Source of the DNA: Oscillospiraceae bacterium
GTDB taxonomy: Bacteria > Bacillota > Clostridia > Oscillospirales > Ruminococcaceae
DNA length: 64,000 bases
Direction of reading: 5' to 3'
NCBI GenBank assembly: GCA_022508895.1
Contig: JAFLUH010000001.1
Coordinates: 77,265 to 141,264 of the forward strand
Shown: positions 29,810 through 39,029 of the stretch, in pieces
Numbering within the stretch: position 1 is the first letter of the stretch
Layout of the letters: every line of letters starts with the position of its first letter
Notes under the pieces: model-generated
Databases searched by the model: none
Seen by the model: only the letters and a program-made list of their open reading frames with translations
Told to the model about the DNA's origin: nothing
Program-made: the position numbers and the translations under genes

Positions 29810-30726
29810 TTTTAAGGAGACCTGAGATGCGAAAGCTGACTGATTTTATTACCTCATGCGCTTATGCTGTCAAACGGCTTTCAAAGCGTTTTGAAGCGGA
29901 TAATCTTACTGCTTACGCAGCTCAGGCTACTTTTTTTATTTTTATTTCTATTTTTCCCTTTCTTATGCTGTTCCTTAATCTGATAAAATATATCCCCATA
30001 TTCAGCAGCGAAAACGTAGAAACGTGGAATTTGGATTTTATGAGTCCTACTATAGGTGAGATGCTGAAGAGCATAGTGGCTGAGGCAGGAGAAACGGGTT
30101 CTGGTGCACTGATCTCCATTACTACCATAGCGGCACTTTGGGCCTGTTCTAAAGGAGTTCTGGGGGTAATATACGGGCTCAACTCCATATACAAGACCAC
30201 GGAAAAAAGAGGATATGTACGGCTGAGAGCGGTAGCTGTTTTTTATACGATAGCTTTTATTGTAGCGCTCATCGTAGCGCTTACCTTTATGGTATTCGGC
30301 AACAGGATACTGGATGCTGTACTCATCAATACTCCCGTTCCGGCATCTTTCGCAGAGGCTGTAAGAATAGTCAGATGGCTCGTTTCACTGGGCTTCCTGG
30401 TGCTTTTTTTTATGTTTATATACACAGTGATACCTGAGCGAAAAACAAAAATGAAAAATGAGCTTCCCGGCGCGCTCATAAGCGCTGCGGGCTGGATAGG
30501 CTTCTCTGCACTTTACTCTTTTTATATAGATAATTTCGGCAATCATTCCAGCGTTTACGGAAGTCTGACTGCTATCGTTCTTTTTATGCTGTGGCTGTAT
30601 TTCTGCATGATAATACTGTTTTTCGGTGCAGAGATAAACGATATGATAAGAGTACACAACTTTTATCAGCTTATCAAGCGAAGCAGATCCATACAAAAAA
30701 GCATCAAAGCGAAAATAAGGAACTGA
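29806..30726 (+). CDS. YihY/BrkB family membrane protein
   Basis: AAQATFFIFISIFPF, SVYGSLTAIVLFMLWLY, FGAEIN. Confidence 0.92.
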   Translation: MILRRPEMRKLTDFITSCAYAVKRLSKRFEADNLTAYAAQATFFIFISIFPFLMLFLNLIKYIPIFSSENVETWNLDFMSPTIGEMLKSIVAEAGETGSGALISITTIAALWACSKGVLGVIYGLNSIYKTTEKRGYVRLRAVAVFYTIAFIVALIVALTFMVFGNRILDAVLINTPVPASFAEAVRIVRWLVSLGFLVLFFMFIYTVIPERKTKMKNELPGALISAAGWIGFSALYSFYIDNFGNHSSVYGSLTAIVLFMLWLYFCMIILFFGAEINDMIRVHNFYQLIKRSRSIQKSIKAKIRN

Positions 30727-30741
30727 TACAAGGGGCTGCAT

Positions 30742-33111
30742 ATGGACATCTCGATCAACGGAAACCGCATGGGAAAAATGTACTACGGCGCAGGTATGGT
30801 CAGTGCAAACAATTCCTCTCGATTGCTCCTTGATTATAAATATGAGCATGAAAAGGAATATAATGAGATACTTCAGCATATTTTCGGCAAAGATGGCATA
30901 CACATCGCTCATCTGAAGCTGGAAATGGGTTCTGATATAAACTCTTCATCAGGTACAGAGCCTTGTATAAAACGGTATGAAAATGAACCTGCCGATGTTG
31001 CAAGAGGCGCGGGATATATCCTTGCTGCCGATGCCAAGAAGATAAATCCCGACCTGACGCTGGATATCCTTTTCTGGAGCGAGCCTAAGTGGGTTACGGA
31101 TTCAAATGATGTTTACGCTGCACGATACAAATGGTATAAGGAAACTCTCGTTGCCGCGTATGAAACATATATGCTGAAATTTGATTGCGTAAGTGTTTCA
31201 AGAAACGAACGTGACATAGACGGAGAGTGGATAAAGTATTTTTCAAGCAGAATAAAAAACGAAACAGACTGTCCTTATGATTTTTCCAAAATAAAATTAG
31301 TTGCTGCAGATGAGGAAAATTCATGGCGGATATCCGATATGATGATATCCGATGAAGAATTAAGAAACGCAGTCGATATTATTGGTACACATTACACCAG
31401 CCACTGTACCGATAATACAAGAAAGCTGTCTGATGATTTTGGCAAGGAAGTATGGTTCACCGAGGGATCACCTCCAATGACCTATTCAAAAAGGACAAGC
31501 CGCTTCGACGGTTCAGGCCTTTTAGGGATCAACGGAGTACTGGATATTGCCAACCGTATCGTGGCAATGTATCCCTGCGGCTGTATGAGCCTGTATGAGT
31601 ATCAGCCCGTTGTTTCGGCTTATTATGATGGAGTTACATACTGCCACAAACAGCTTATTACCGCCAACGAGCCTTGGAGCGGGTTTTACAGTCTTGACGG
31701 CGGATACTATATGTCTTTGCATTTCTCAAGATTTATGAGGAAGGGCTGGCGTTTCGTTGATGGCGCTTGCTTTTGTGATGGGAAAAAGGGCGGTGACGGT
31801 CATGCGCTGGTGGACACGGTTTACAGCTACATGACTGTCTGTGATCCCGAGACGGGGGATTACAGCACCGTTATAGTAAACTCCACCGCTGAATCTATCA
31901 GTTATAACATATCAATCTGCTCGTTGAAAAAAGCCTCTGCAACTGCTAATGTGTGGGAAACAAGAGGTTCGGACAACGGAGAATATGACGAAAATTACTT
32001 TAGAAAAATATCCTCAATATCCCCTGTAGAAAAAGATGGTAAGCATATTTTTTCAATAACTGTGAAGCCCTTTTCAATGATCACAATATCGACGCTTGAT
32101 ACTGATCCTCCAAAAAAAGTTTTTCAACAATCAGAAATTCTGTGTTTGCCTTATCACGATGATTTTTCGTACTCTGAGTATGGAGATGATTATCTTTTTT
32201 CGAGAGGCATGGCTCCCAGATACACCACCGATCAGGGCGGCGCATTTGAGGTAACGAAAATTAACGGCAAAAATGTCCTTATGCAGATGATAACTCCCGA
32301 TATCAAGGCAATGGAATGGGGATTTACTCCGTCTCCCACAACAAATTTTGGCGATGACAGATGGTATAATTACGAAATATCTGCAGATGTGGGTTTTGAA
32401 AAAAGTGCTGTGCCTGATGAAAATTATGTGGGCATCGGGCTTCGCTACAGTCATGTGACTGATTGTATGTGCGGATACTCTTTGCTGATTTATGAGGACG
32501 GAAGTTGGAAATTCTTCCGCAATAACGATATGAAGCTTAGCGGAAATATAAATCCGGACAAGATGACTTATAATCTGGATATATCAGCATTTCACGAAAA
32601 AGTAACAGGAAAAATTGACGGAATAACAGTTTTTGAGTATTCCTCGGAGCAATGTAGCGACGCATCTATAGGAGCGGGAAGAGCGGCTCTTTACAGTTCA
32701 TATAATCGTAATTATTACGAAAACATAGACATACTTCCTGCGTGTGAAATGCCTTATATAACACGATTTGACGATACAGACGATTGCTTTGAATACAATG
32801 GAAACTGGGAACATGATCTGATGAGCGGCTTTTCCAATTATAAGCGCACAATATCAAAAGGCTCAGAGGGAGCAGAGCTTATATTTAAATTCACGGGCAT
32901 CGGCTTCGGAATTTTCGGAGAAAACGACGGGAAGTGTGTGATCTCTGTATGTGTTGACGGCAAAATCACCGAAAAAATACCTTTGCCTGTTTCCGGCAGC
33001 AGGGAGATAGTATATGGCGTCAATGATCTTCAAATAAAAGAGCATACTGTCAAAATAACGGTGCTATCCGGTGTATTGAATGTGGACGGCGTTCAGGTGG
33101 AAGGCGAATGA
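30742..33111 (+). CDS. glycoside hydrolase family 59 (galactocerebrosidase-like), multi-domain
   Basis: GAGMVS..SSRLLLDY, EMGSDINSSSGTEP, RNER (acid/base), WFTEG (nucleophile), ANEPWSGFY align with the GALC motif order; C-terminal beta-sandwich domains. Confidence 0.82.
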   Translation: MDISINGNRMGKMYYGAGMVSANNSSRLLLDYKYEHEKEYNEILQHIFGKDGIHIAHLKLEMGSDINSSSGTEPCIKRYENEPADVARGAGYILAADAKKINPDLTLDILFWSEPKWVTDSNDVYAARYKWYKETLVAAYETYMLKFDCVSVSRNERDIDGEWIKYFSSRIKNETDCPYDFSKIKLVAADEENSWRISDMMISDEELRNAVDIIGTHYTSHCTDNTRKLSDDFGKEVWFTEGSPPMTYSKRTSRFDGSGLLGINGVLDIANRIVAMYPCGCMSLYEYQPVVSAYYDGVTYCHKQLITANEPWSGFYSLDGGYYMSLHFSRFMRKGWRFVDGACFCDGKKGGDGHALVDTVYSYMTVCDPETGDYSTVIVNSTAESISYNISICSLKKASATANVWETRGSDNGEYDENYFRKISSISPVEKDGKHIFSITVKPFSMITISTLDTDPPKKVFQQSEILCLPYHDDFSYSEYGDDYLFSRGMAPRYTTDQGGAFEVTKINGKNVLMQMITPDIKAMEWGFTPSPTTNFGDDRWYNYEISADVGFEKSAVPDENYVGIGLRYSHVTDCMCGYSLLIYEDGSWKFFRNNDMKLSGNINPDKMTYNLDISAFHEKVTGKIDGITVFEYSSEQCSDASIGAGRAALYSSYNRNYYENIDILPACEMPYITRFDDTDDCFEYNGNWEHDLMSGFSNYKRTISKGSEGAELIFKFTGIGFGIFGENDGKCVISVCVDGKITEKIPLPVSGSREIVYGVNDLQIKEHTVKITVLSGVLNVDGVQVEGE

Positions 33112-33135
33112 GACTTAACTTTGCCAAAGTCGGCA

Positions 33136-33164
33136 TTGACATAGTATAGTTTTTGAGATATACT
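33136..33164 (+). promoter_or_regulatory. sigma-A promoter
   Basis: TTGACA-N17-TATACT. Confidence 0.72.
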
Positions 33165-33215
33165 ACTGACTGTCAGCTAAAAAATTGACCCAAAAAAGAA
33201 AGCATGGTGATAAAG

Positions 33216-33692
33216 ATGAAATTTAATGTTGATTCCTTTGGAATATTCAATGATGTCTGGGCGCTTTTGACCGCGGGAGATAAAGATGGTTACAACAGTA
33301 TGACTATTAGCTGGGGCGGGCTCGGAACGCTTTGGAGTAAGCCTGTTGCCACTGTTTATGTAAAGCCCGTACGCTATACACATCAGTTCATGGAAAAAAG
33401 CGACTATTTTACGGTGAGCTTTTTCTCTGAGGAATATAGAAATGCGCTCATGCTGATGGGCATGAAATCCGGAAGGAATGCAGATAAGGTCAAGGAAGCT
33501 GGTCTGACTGCTGATTTTCTCGAAAATTCCGTTATGTTCAAAGAAGCAAAAACCACATTGCTGTGTAAAAAAATCTACAAACAGGATTTAGATGTCGGCA
33601 ATATACCGGAAGATGTGGTAAAGGCTTTTTATACCGATGAAGCAGCACACACCATGTACATCGGTGAGGTAGTAGATATCATAGAGGGATAA
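33216..33692 (+). CDS. flavin reductase-like domain protein
   Basis: WALLTAG, NSMTISWGG, VKPVRYT, SGRNADK, HTMYIGEV; start at 33216 after GGTGA. Confidence 0.88.
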   Translation: MKFNVDSFGIFNDVWALLTAGDKDGYNSMTISWGGLGTLWSKPVATVYVKPVRYTHQFMEKSDYFTVSFFSEEYRNALMLMGMKSGRNADKVKEAGLTADFLENSVMFKEAKTTLLCKKIYKQDLDVGNIPEDVVKAFYTDEAAHTMYIGEVVDIIEG

Positions 33693-33694
33693 CA

Positions 33695-34369
33695 ATGAGG
33701 TTTTATGAGTTTAAAAGCAAGGAAGATATTATACGATTGGTGAATGAGATCGGTTTTTTACCGTTTTTTAAAAATGATATAATAGGTTTTTCCATTGAGG
33801 AGCATACACCGAATGAACTTTGGTTTTCTGATATTGCCGAGGGTCCATGGGAATGGAAAGGGCCTATCTCAAGAAGCGGTAACTGCCTTTATGGAAAATT
33901 TTTCGGAAATAAGGCAGGATTTATCAGCCTTGATCAGTTTCCCGATTTTGCAAATTACCGGCGTGACGGATATGATTTTGATTCAAGGTATGATGAAGGT
34001 CTTGCACAAACTAAAGATAAAAACGTTTATGACACTATAGCAGAGCATGGCACATTGCTGTCAAAAAAGCTGAAAAGTATCTGCAATTATCGTAAAGGCG
34101 GAAATAAAGGTTTTGACACCGTTATAACACGGTTACAGATGCAAAGCTATGTTTGCATAGCAGATTTTGAGTATATGAGGGACAAGTACGGTCAGCAATA
34201 CGGCTGGGGTGTGGCAAAATACAGCACGCCTGAGGGACTGTACGGATATGAAAGGATAACCGAAGCATACCACAGAGAACCGTATGAGTCGAAGATGAGG
34301 ATAGTTGATCATTTGAAGAATATTTTGAATGATACTGAGGAAGATAAAATACTGAAATTTATCAAGTGA
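33695..34369 (+). CDS. AlkZ-related winged-helix protein (hypothetical)
   Basis: GFLPFF, PWEWKG, YGKFF, KGFDTVITRLQMQSY, YGWGVAKYSTPE; family assignment from memory. Confidence 0.6.
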   Translation: MRFYEFKSKEDIIRLVNEIGFLPFFKNDIIGFSIEEHTPNELWFSDIAEGPWEWKGPISRSGNCLYGKFFGNKAGFISLDQFPDFANYRRDGYDFDSRYDEGLAQTKDKNVYDTIAEHGTLLSKKLKSICNYRKGGNKGFDTVITRLQMQSYVCIADFEYMRDKYGQQYGWGVAKYSTPEGLYGYERITEAYHREPYESKMRIVDHLKNILNDTEEDKILKFIK

Positions 34370-34398
34370 TTTTATGAAACTGACAAGGAGAGAGCGAT

Positions 34399-35268
34399 AT
34401 GAGAGCTAAGGTTTATTTTTCAAAGGAAATAACTCCTGAAAAGGTATTGGAGCTGTACCGTCTTCTGGGTAAAGAATTGACAGGCAAGGTAGCCGTCAAA
34501 GTACATTCCGGTGAGGTAGGCAATCAGAATTTTCTGAAACCGGATTTCTGGAGACCTGTGATAGATGAGGTGGGCGGTACTGTTGTTGAGTGCAACACCG
34601 CTTATGAAGGTGGGCGTGATACCACTGAAAAACACTTGAAAACTATCGACGATCACGGCTGGAATGTGTTTGATTTTGATTTATTGGACGCCGAAGGACC
34701 TGACCTGGAGCTGTCTATCCCTGACGGCAAGAAAATAAAGAAGAATTTTGTGGGAAAGAATTTGAAGAATTACAACTCGCTTTTGGTGTTGTCACATTTT
34801 AAAGGTCATCCCATGGGCGGATACGGCGGAGCATTAAAGCAGCTTTCCATAGGTATCGCCTCTTCTTACGGCAAGGCGTATATACACGGTGTGGGTGATA
34901 CAAATGGTGATATATGGTCGTCTGATCATGACAGCTTTTTGGAATCGATGGCAGATGCAGCGGGTTCTGTGATAGATTTTTTTGATAAAAATATTGCTTA
35001 TATAAATGTTATGAAAAACCTCTCGGTGGATTGTGACTGCTGTGAAGTAGCCGAGGATCCCTGTATGAGGGATATTGGTATTTTGGTATCAGACGATCCT
35101 ATTGCGATAGATCAAGCGTGTATCGATCTTGTTTATTCCGCCAAAGACGACCCGGGACAGAAGCATTTACTGGAAAGGATCGAAAGCAGGAACGGCGTTC
35201 ACACAATTGAGGCGGCGGCAGAAATTGGCTACGGAAGTCGTGAGTATGAGCTGATCGAGGTAAAATGA
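34399..35268 (+). CDS. DUF362 domain protein
   Basis: KVHSGE, ECNTAY, SHFKGH..GGYGGALKQ, VDCDC, DPIAIDQAC. Confidence 0.88.
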   Translation: MRAKVYFSKEITPEKVLELYRLLGKELTGKVAVKVHSGEVGNQNFLKPDFWRPVIDEVGGTVVECNTAYEGGRDTTEKHLKTIDDHGWNVFDFDLLDAEGPDLELSIPDGKKIKKNFVGKNLKNYNSLLVLSHFKGHPMGGYGGALKQLSIGIASSYGKAYIHGVGDTNGDIWSSDHDSFLESMADAAGSVIDFFDKNIAYINVMKNLSVDCDCCEVAEDPCMRDIGILVSDDPIAIDQACIDLVYSAKDDPGQKHLLERIESRNGVHTIEAAAEIGYGSREYELIEVK

Positions 35269-35270
35269 TA

Positions 35271-35317
35271 ATAAAAAATAAACTTTAAGGATCATTTCTT
35301 TAAAGTTTATTTTTTAT
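35271..35317. terminator. AT-rich long inverted repeat, likely terminator
   Basis: ATAAAAAATAAACTTTAA / TTAAAGTTTATTTTTTAT 18-bp perfect arms. Confidence 0.7.
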
Positions 35318-35331
35318 AGTTATTATTGGCA

Positions 35332-35360
35332 TTGAAGTTTAAACAGACTTGTGATATAAT
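35332..35360 (+). promoter_or_regulatory. sigma-A promoter driving a short transcript upstream of dnaD
   Basis: TTGAAG-N17-TATAAT with extended TG. Confidence 0.65.
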
Positions 35361-35428
35361 AGTATAAATGAAGCATTCGCCATTAAATGTGCATGATTTT
35401 GAGGATTGTGAACGCAAGGATTGATCCT

Positions 35429-35457
35429 TTGCTTTTTTATATATTTTATGATATACT
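35429..35457 (+). promoter_or_regulatory. second sigma-A promoter for dnaD-dnaC
   Basis: TTGCTT-N17-TATACT with extended TG. Confidence 0.55.
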
Positions 35458-35496
35458 TAATACAAAGCAAATTTTGCATGGAGCATAAAACATAGA

Positions 35497-36495
35497 ATGA
35501 AATACGAAATAAATCTTGGAATATGGAACGGCATATTCTGCGTTCCTAATGCAGTTGCAGATGACTGCCTCAAGCTGGCGAGGGGCAACGACCTTAAAGT
35601 TTTGCTCTACCTCCTTAGAAATGCGGGAGCAGAATTTGATGTGAAGGAAATAGCCGAATATCTCTCCATCACCGAAGAACAGGTAGAAGAAAGCGCCAGC
35701 TTCTGGAAACAGCGCGGGATAATTGATTTTAATGAAAGCGGCGAGCTGGTTCCATCTAAGGCAAAAATGTCTTCAAACGTAAAAAAGACAACAAACAAAG
35801 CTTCGTCTGACAGCGTGCTTGATTCTGTCAGAAAAATAGAGCTTGATCGCACACCGGATTTTACTCCTAAAGAGATCGCATCTACCGTTCGCGGCAACGA
35901 AAAAGCCGATTATCTTTTCAAACATTGCGAAATGCTTTACGGAAGACCTCTTAAGCACAATGAACAGCGCACTTTGATGATAATACTGGAGGACGCCTGC
36001 CTTCCTGTGGAAGTGGCAATGGTACTTATTGACTACTGCTTTTCCGTAAACAAGGCTACGCCTGCGTATATGAGAGCAGTGGCGTTGGATTGGGTGGATA
36101 CCGGAATAATTACTATTGATAAAGCAGAGGAAAAGGCGGCAGAGCTTAAAAATCTCGATAATGCCATAATCAGATTCAAAAAAATGTTCGAGGTCACATC
36201 TGCTTTTTCAAAGCAGCAAAAAGAATGTATTGATAAGTGGGTAAATGTTTTCGGATTCAGTGACGAAATGGTAAATGAAGCTTATCAGATCACTTTGAAT
36301 GCCACAGGCAAGCTTGCTTTTCAGTATATGAATAAAATATTGGAGGGTTGGCACGCCAACGGTATTACTACCGTTGAACAGCTAAATGAACAGGAGAAAA
36401 AACATAGCGAAAAGAGAACAAATTCATCCTTTGATGCAAACACCATTGAACAGCTTGTAACTAACAAATACAAAAAGCTGGGAGGAGATCAATGA
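35497..36495 (+). CDS. DnaD domain protein (helicase loading)
   Basis: N-terminal HTH (DLKVLLYLLR, WKQRGII) and two DnaD-like domains (YMRAVALDW, YMNKILEGWH..GI.T). Confidence 0.9.
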   Translation: MKYEINLGIWNGIFCVPNAVADDCLKLARGNDLKVLLYLLRNAGAEFDVKEIAEYLSITEEQVEESASFWKQRGIIDFNESGELVPSKAKMSSNVKKTTNKASSDSVLDSVRKIELDRTPDFTPKEIASTVRGNEKADYLFKHCEMLYGRPLKHNEQRTLMIILEDACLPVEVAMVLIDYCFSVNKATPAYMRAVALDWVDTGIITIDKAEEKAAELKNLDNAIIRFKKMFEVTSAFSKQQKECIDKWVNVFGFSDEMVNEAYQITLNATGKLAFQYMNKILEGWHANGITTVEQLNEQEKKHSEKRTNSSFDANTIEQLVTNKYKKLGGDQ

Positions 36496-37472
36496 GCTAT
36501 CTAAAAAAATATTACATAATGGCAGAAAACGAGCTTGAAAACCGTAAAGCACGCAACCGTGAGCTGCAGCAGGAGCAGATCGCAAAGGCGGAGGAATCTG
36601 TTCCTCGTCTTCGCTCTTTGAGAAATCAGCTTGCTTCAGGCGGCGCAAAGCTGGCGGCGGTTCTAGTATCAGGCGGAGACATGAAAAAGAATGTAGAAAA
36701 GATTGCGGCGGAAAATCTGTCATTACAAAGGGAAATTGGGGAATTGCTTTTAGCAAACGGTTTCAAACCAAGCTGCCTTGATCCTATATACAGTTGTGAA
36801 AAATGTCAGGACACAGGAATTTACAATAACGAGCGCTGTTCCTGTTTTATGAACGATGTGAGAAGATTCCAATGTATGGAGCTTAACAGCTCTTCTGCAA
36901 TGAACCTGTGTTCCTTTGACACATTTGACCTGAATTTTTATCCGGAGGATACTGAGGGCACAAGCGGCGTCAGCATACGCAGGATAATGGAAGATAATTA
37001 TGATTTCTGCAGAGATTATGCAGATAAATTCTGCCTGCCTCATTTGGGTATACTGATGAACGGCGGAACAGGTTTGGGAAAAACGCACCTTTCTCTGGCT
37101 GTCGGGAAGGAAGTTATTGAAAAAGGGTACAGCGTTATATACGGTTCTGCGCCTGATTTGCTCAGAAAGGCGGAAAAAGAGCATTTCAGAGGTGGGGACG
37201 AGATGGACATCATGCAGTTGCTGTATGAGTGCGATCTGCTGATAATTGACGACCTGGGAGCGGAGTTTGAGTCGAAGTTCAACGATTCCGTTATCTACAA
37301 CCTGCTCAATACCAGAATGAATGCAGGCAGACCTGTTATCGTAAATACCAACTTTCAGACCTCGGAGCTTCACAAAAGGTATGGCGACAGGATAGCTTCA
37401 AGGCTTTTCACAATGGAGATACTTACTTTTTACGGCAACGATATAAGATTGATGAAAAAGTACGCAAAATGA
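36492..37472 (+). CDS. DnaC/DnaI-like helicase loader ATPase
   Basis: CEKCQDTG...CSC Zn motif, GGTGLGKTHLS, LLIIDDLGAE, RIASRL. Confidence 0.9.
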   Translation: MSYLKKYYIMAENELENRKARNRELQQEQIAKAEESVPRLRSLRNQLASGGAKLAAVLVSGGDMKKNVEKIAAENLSLQREIGELLLANGFKPSCLDPIYSCEKCQDTGIYNNERCSCFMNDVRRFQCMELNSSSAMNLCSFDTFDLNFYPEDTEGTSGVSIRRIMEDNYDFCRDYADKFCLPHLGILMNGGTGLGKTHLSLAVGKEVIEKGYSVIYGSAPDLLRKAEKEHFRGGDEMDIMQLLYECDLLIIDDLGAEFESKFNDSVIYNLLNTRMNAGRPVIVNTNFQTSELHKRYGDRIASRLFTMEILTFYGNDIRLMKKYAK

Positions 37473-37482
37473 GGCTTTTTAA

Positions 37483-37511
37483 TTGACAATTCAGGGCGGT
37501 TGTGGTATAAT
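37483..37511 (+). promoter_or_regulatory. consensus sigma-A promoter
   Basis: TTGACA-N17-TATAAT with extended TG. Confidence 0.82.
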
Positions 37512-37586
37512 AACTTTAATACCAAAAGCATAAAAATGCTGCATGGATTGTATGAATAAACCGCTTGATATAACAGGAGAATTGCT

Positions 37587-37943
37587 ATGTATAGTGTAAG
37601 CTCGGTATCTTTGCAAAACATTTATGCTCCCTCGGCTGCTGCAAGATCATCTTTAAAGAAGGACGGCAGTGCTGCATTTGATTACGAGCTGTACGGAAGA
37701 GTTAATAGCGACACCACGGCAGAACGCATTATTGACGATATGACTGCCGCAGGTATTTTCAAGACCGAAGAAGAGGAGGAAGAGAAGGGAAAAGCCGTTG
37801 ACGAGCTTCTGAAAGCTATAAAGGAACATCAGAAGACTTGGAAAGAAGAAGTGTTCGGCATAAAGAAAAGCGGGCTTACTGTCGAAGAAGTAAAAGAAGT
37901 TTTATCTGAGCTAAAATGTACCAATAGAGTGACAGCGAAATGA
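37587..37943 (+). CDS. hypothetical protein, short paralog of the downstream gene
   Basis: AGGAGA RBS; shares N- and C-terminal motifs with 37966-38967. Confidence 0.8.
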   Translation: MYSVSSVSLQNIYAPSAAARSSLKKDGSAAFDYELYGRVNSDTTAERIIDDMTAAGIFKTEEEEEEKGKAVDELLKAIKEHQKTWKEEVFGIKKSGLTVEEVKEVLSELKCTNRVTAK

Positions 37944-37965
37944 ATCCGGTTTAAGGAGAATTGCT

Positions 37966-38967
37966 ATGTACAATATAAGCGCGTTACCTTCACAAAATGT
38001 TTATGCTCCCCCGGTAGCTTCAAAAAAGGCGTTCAACGCTGCATTTGACACTGTATTTGCGCCTTCGGCAGCGGAAAAATATGAGCAAACAGGCGGCAGT
38101 GAAATTACTGCTGATAATCTTTATGATATTCTTGCAGAGAGAGCTAAAACCTCTGCGGAAAAGCTGGCAGAGTATGATTTCAGCGATATGTATGTAAAGT
38201 CGGCGGCACACCAATTTCAATTAACAGAATCACAAAGAAATGCGATAAGGTGGAACGGATTTGAAACATTTCATAGTATAACCATGTCGCTAAAACGTGA
38301 AAGTTGGGATGCAGCTAAGAATGAAGACTGCATTCTAGTTCCAATCGGTCCCGGAGAGCTTCCCCAATTTATGGACGAAATTATGCAGGCATTGTCCGAC
38401 GGAATGTCTTTAACTGATGCGTTAAACAATAAAATTGAAGACCTCAAAAATAACAATATTTCTTTTGATGGCAAGGATTTCTTTTTTATAAATCCTACAA
38501 ATGGAGATGTAGTGGGGTGTGATGCAAAGGGCAGAGGTTTCTTTGAATATGGTGAACGCTTTGCTGATTATGATGCTGCTTTGGAATTAGCTGATGACCT
38601 TGCAACGTTTTTTAGATATGTTGCTTTTCCGCAGGAGGGTGATGGCCCTGAAAAAGTTGCGTCACTTATTTCCTACATAAAAGACAAACAGGCATACGCT
38701 AATTACGATCGCTATATTTTTGATGAATCTCCGAATGAAATCATGGGCATGGACAACAACGCTTATGCAAATCTGATCATTGCCAATCTGACCGCCGCAG
38801 GTGTTCTCAAGGGCGAAGATGATGAGGAAGAAGAGGAAGAATCTATTGATATGCTTATGGAGGCGGTCAAGGAGCATCAGGAAACTTTGAGGGAAGATAT
38901 GATAGACAGAGAGAAAAGCGAGCTTGCTATGGAAGAAATCAAAGAAATTTTATACAGCATGGCTTAA
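37966..38967 (+). CDS. hypothetical acidic protein, long paralog of the upstream gene
   Basis: identical 17-bp RBS/start region; shared MYxxS..QNxYAP start and TAAG..EEEE...KEHQ C-terminal module. Confidence 0.82.
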   Translation: MYNISALPSQNVYAPPVASKKAFNAAFDTVFAPSAAEKYEQTGGSEITADNLYDILAERAKTSAEKLAEYDFSDMYVKSAAHQFQLTESQRNAIRWNGFETFHSITMSLKRESWDAAKNEDCILVPIGPGELPQFMDEIMQALSDGMSLTDALNNKIEDLKNNNISFDGKDFFFINPTNGDVVGCDAKGRGFFEYGERFADYDAALELADDLATFFRYVAFPQEGDGPEKVASLISYIKDKQAYANYDRYIFDESPNEIMGMDNNAYANLIIANLTAAGVLKGEDDEEEEEESIDMLMEAVKEHQETLREDMIDREKSELAMEEIKEILYSMA

Positions 38968-38981
38968 AGGCAAGCGGAAGC

Positions 38982-39006
38982 GCACTTCATTTTGTTGTGC
39001 GCTTTT
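38982..39006 (+). terminator. intrinsic terminator
   Basis: AAGCGCAC ... GTGCGCTT followed by a T run. Confidence 0.6.
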
Positions 39007-39029
39007 TGATATGATAAAAGGAGGAAGGT

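Noticed and set aside
35497-37472. DnaD plus DnaC-like ATPase as a prophage replication module
   Set aside because: No integrase, structural or lysis genes nearby; this pair is an ordinary chromosomal helicase-loader arrangement in Clostridia.
37765-38840. GAA/GAG purine runs as contingency microsatellites
   Set aside because: They are imperfect and simply encode the poly-Glu tracts of the two paralogs in frame.
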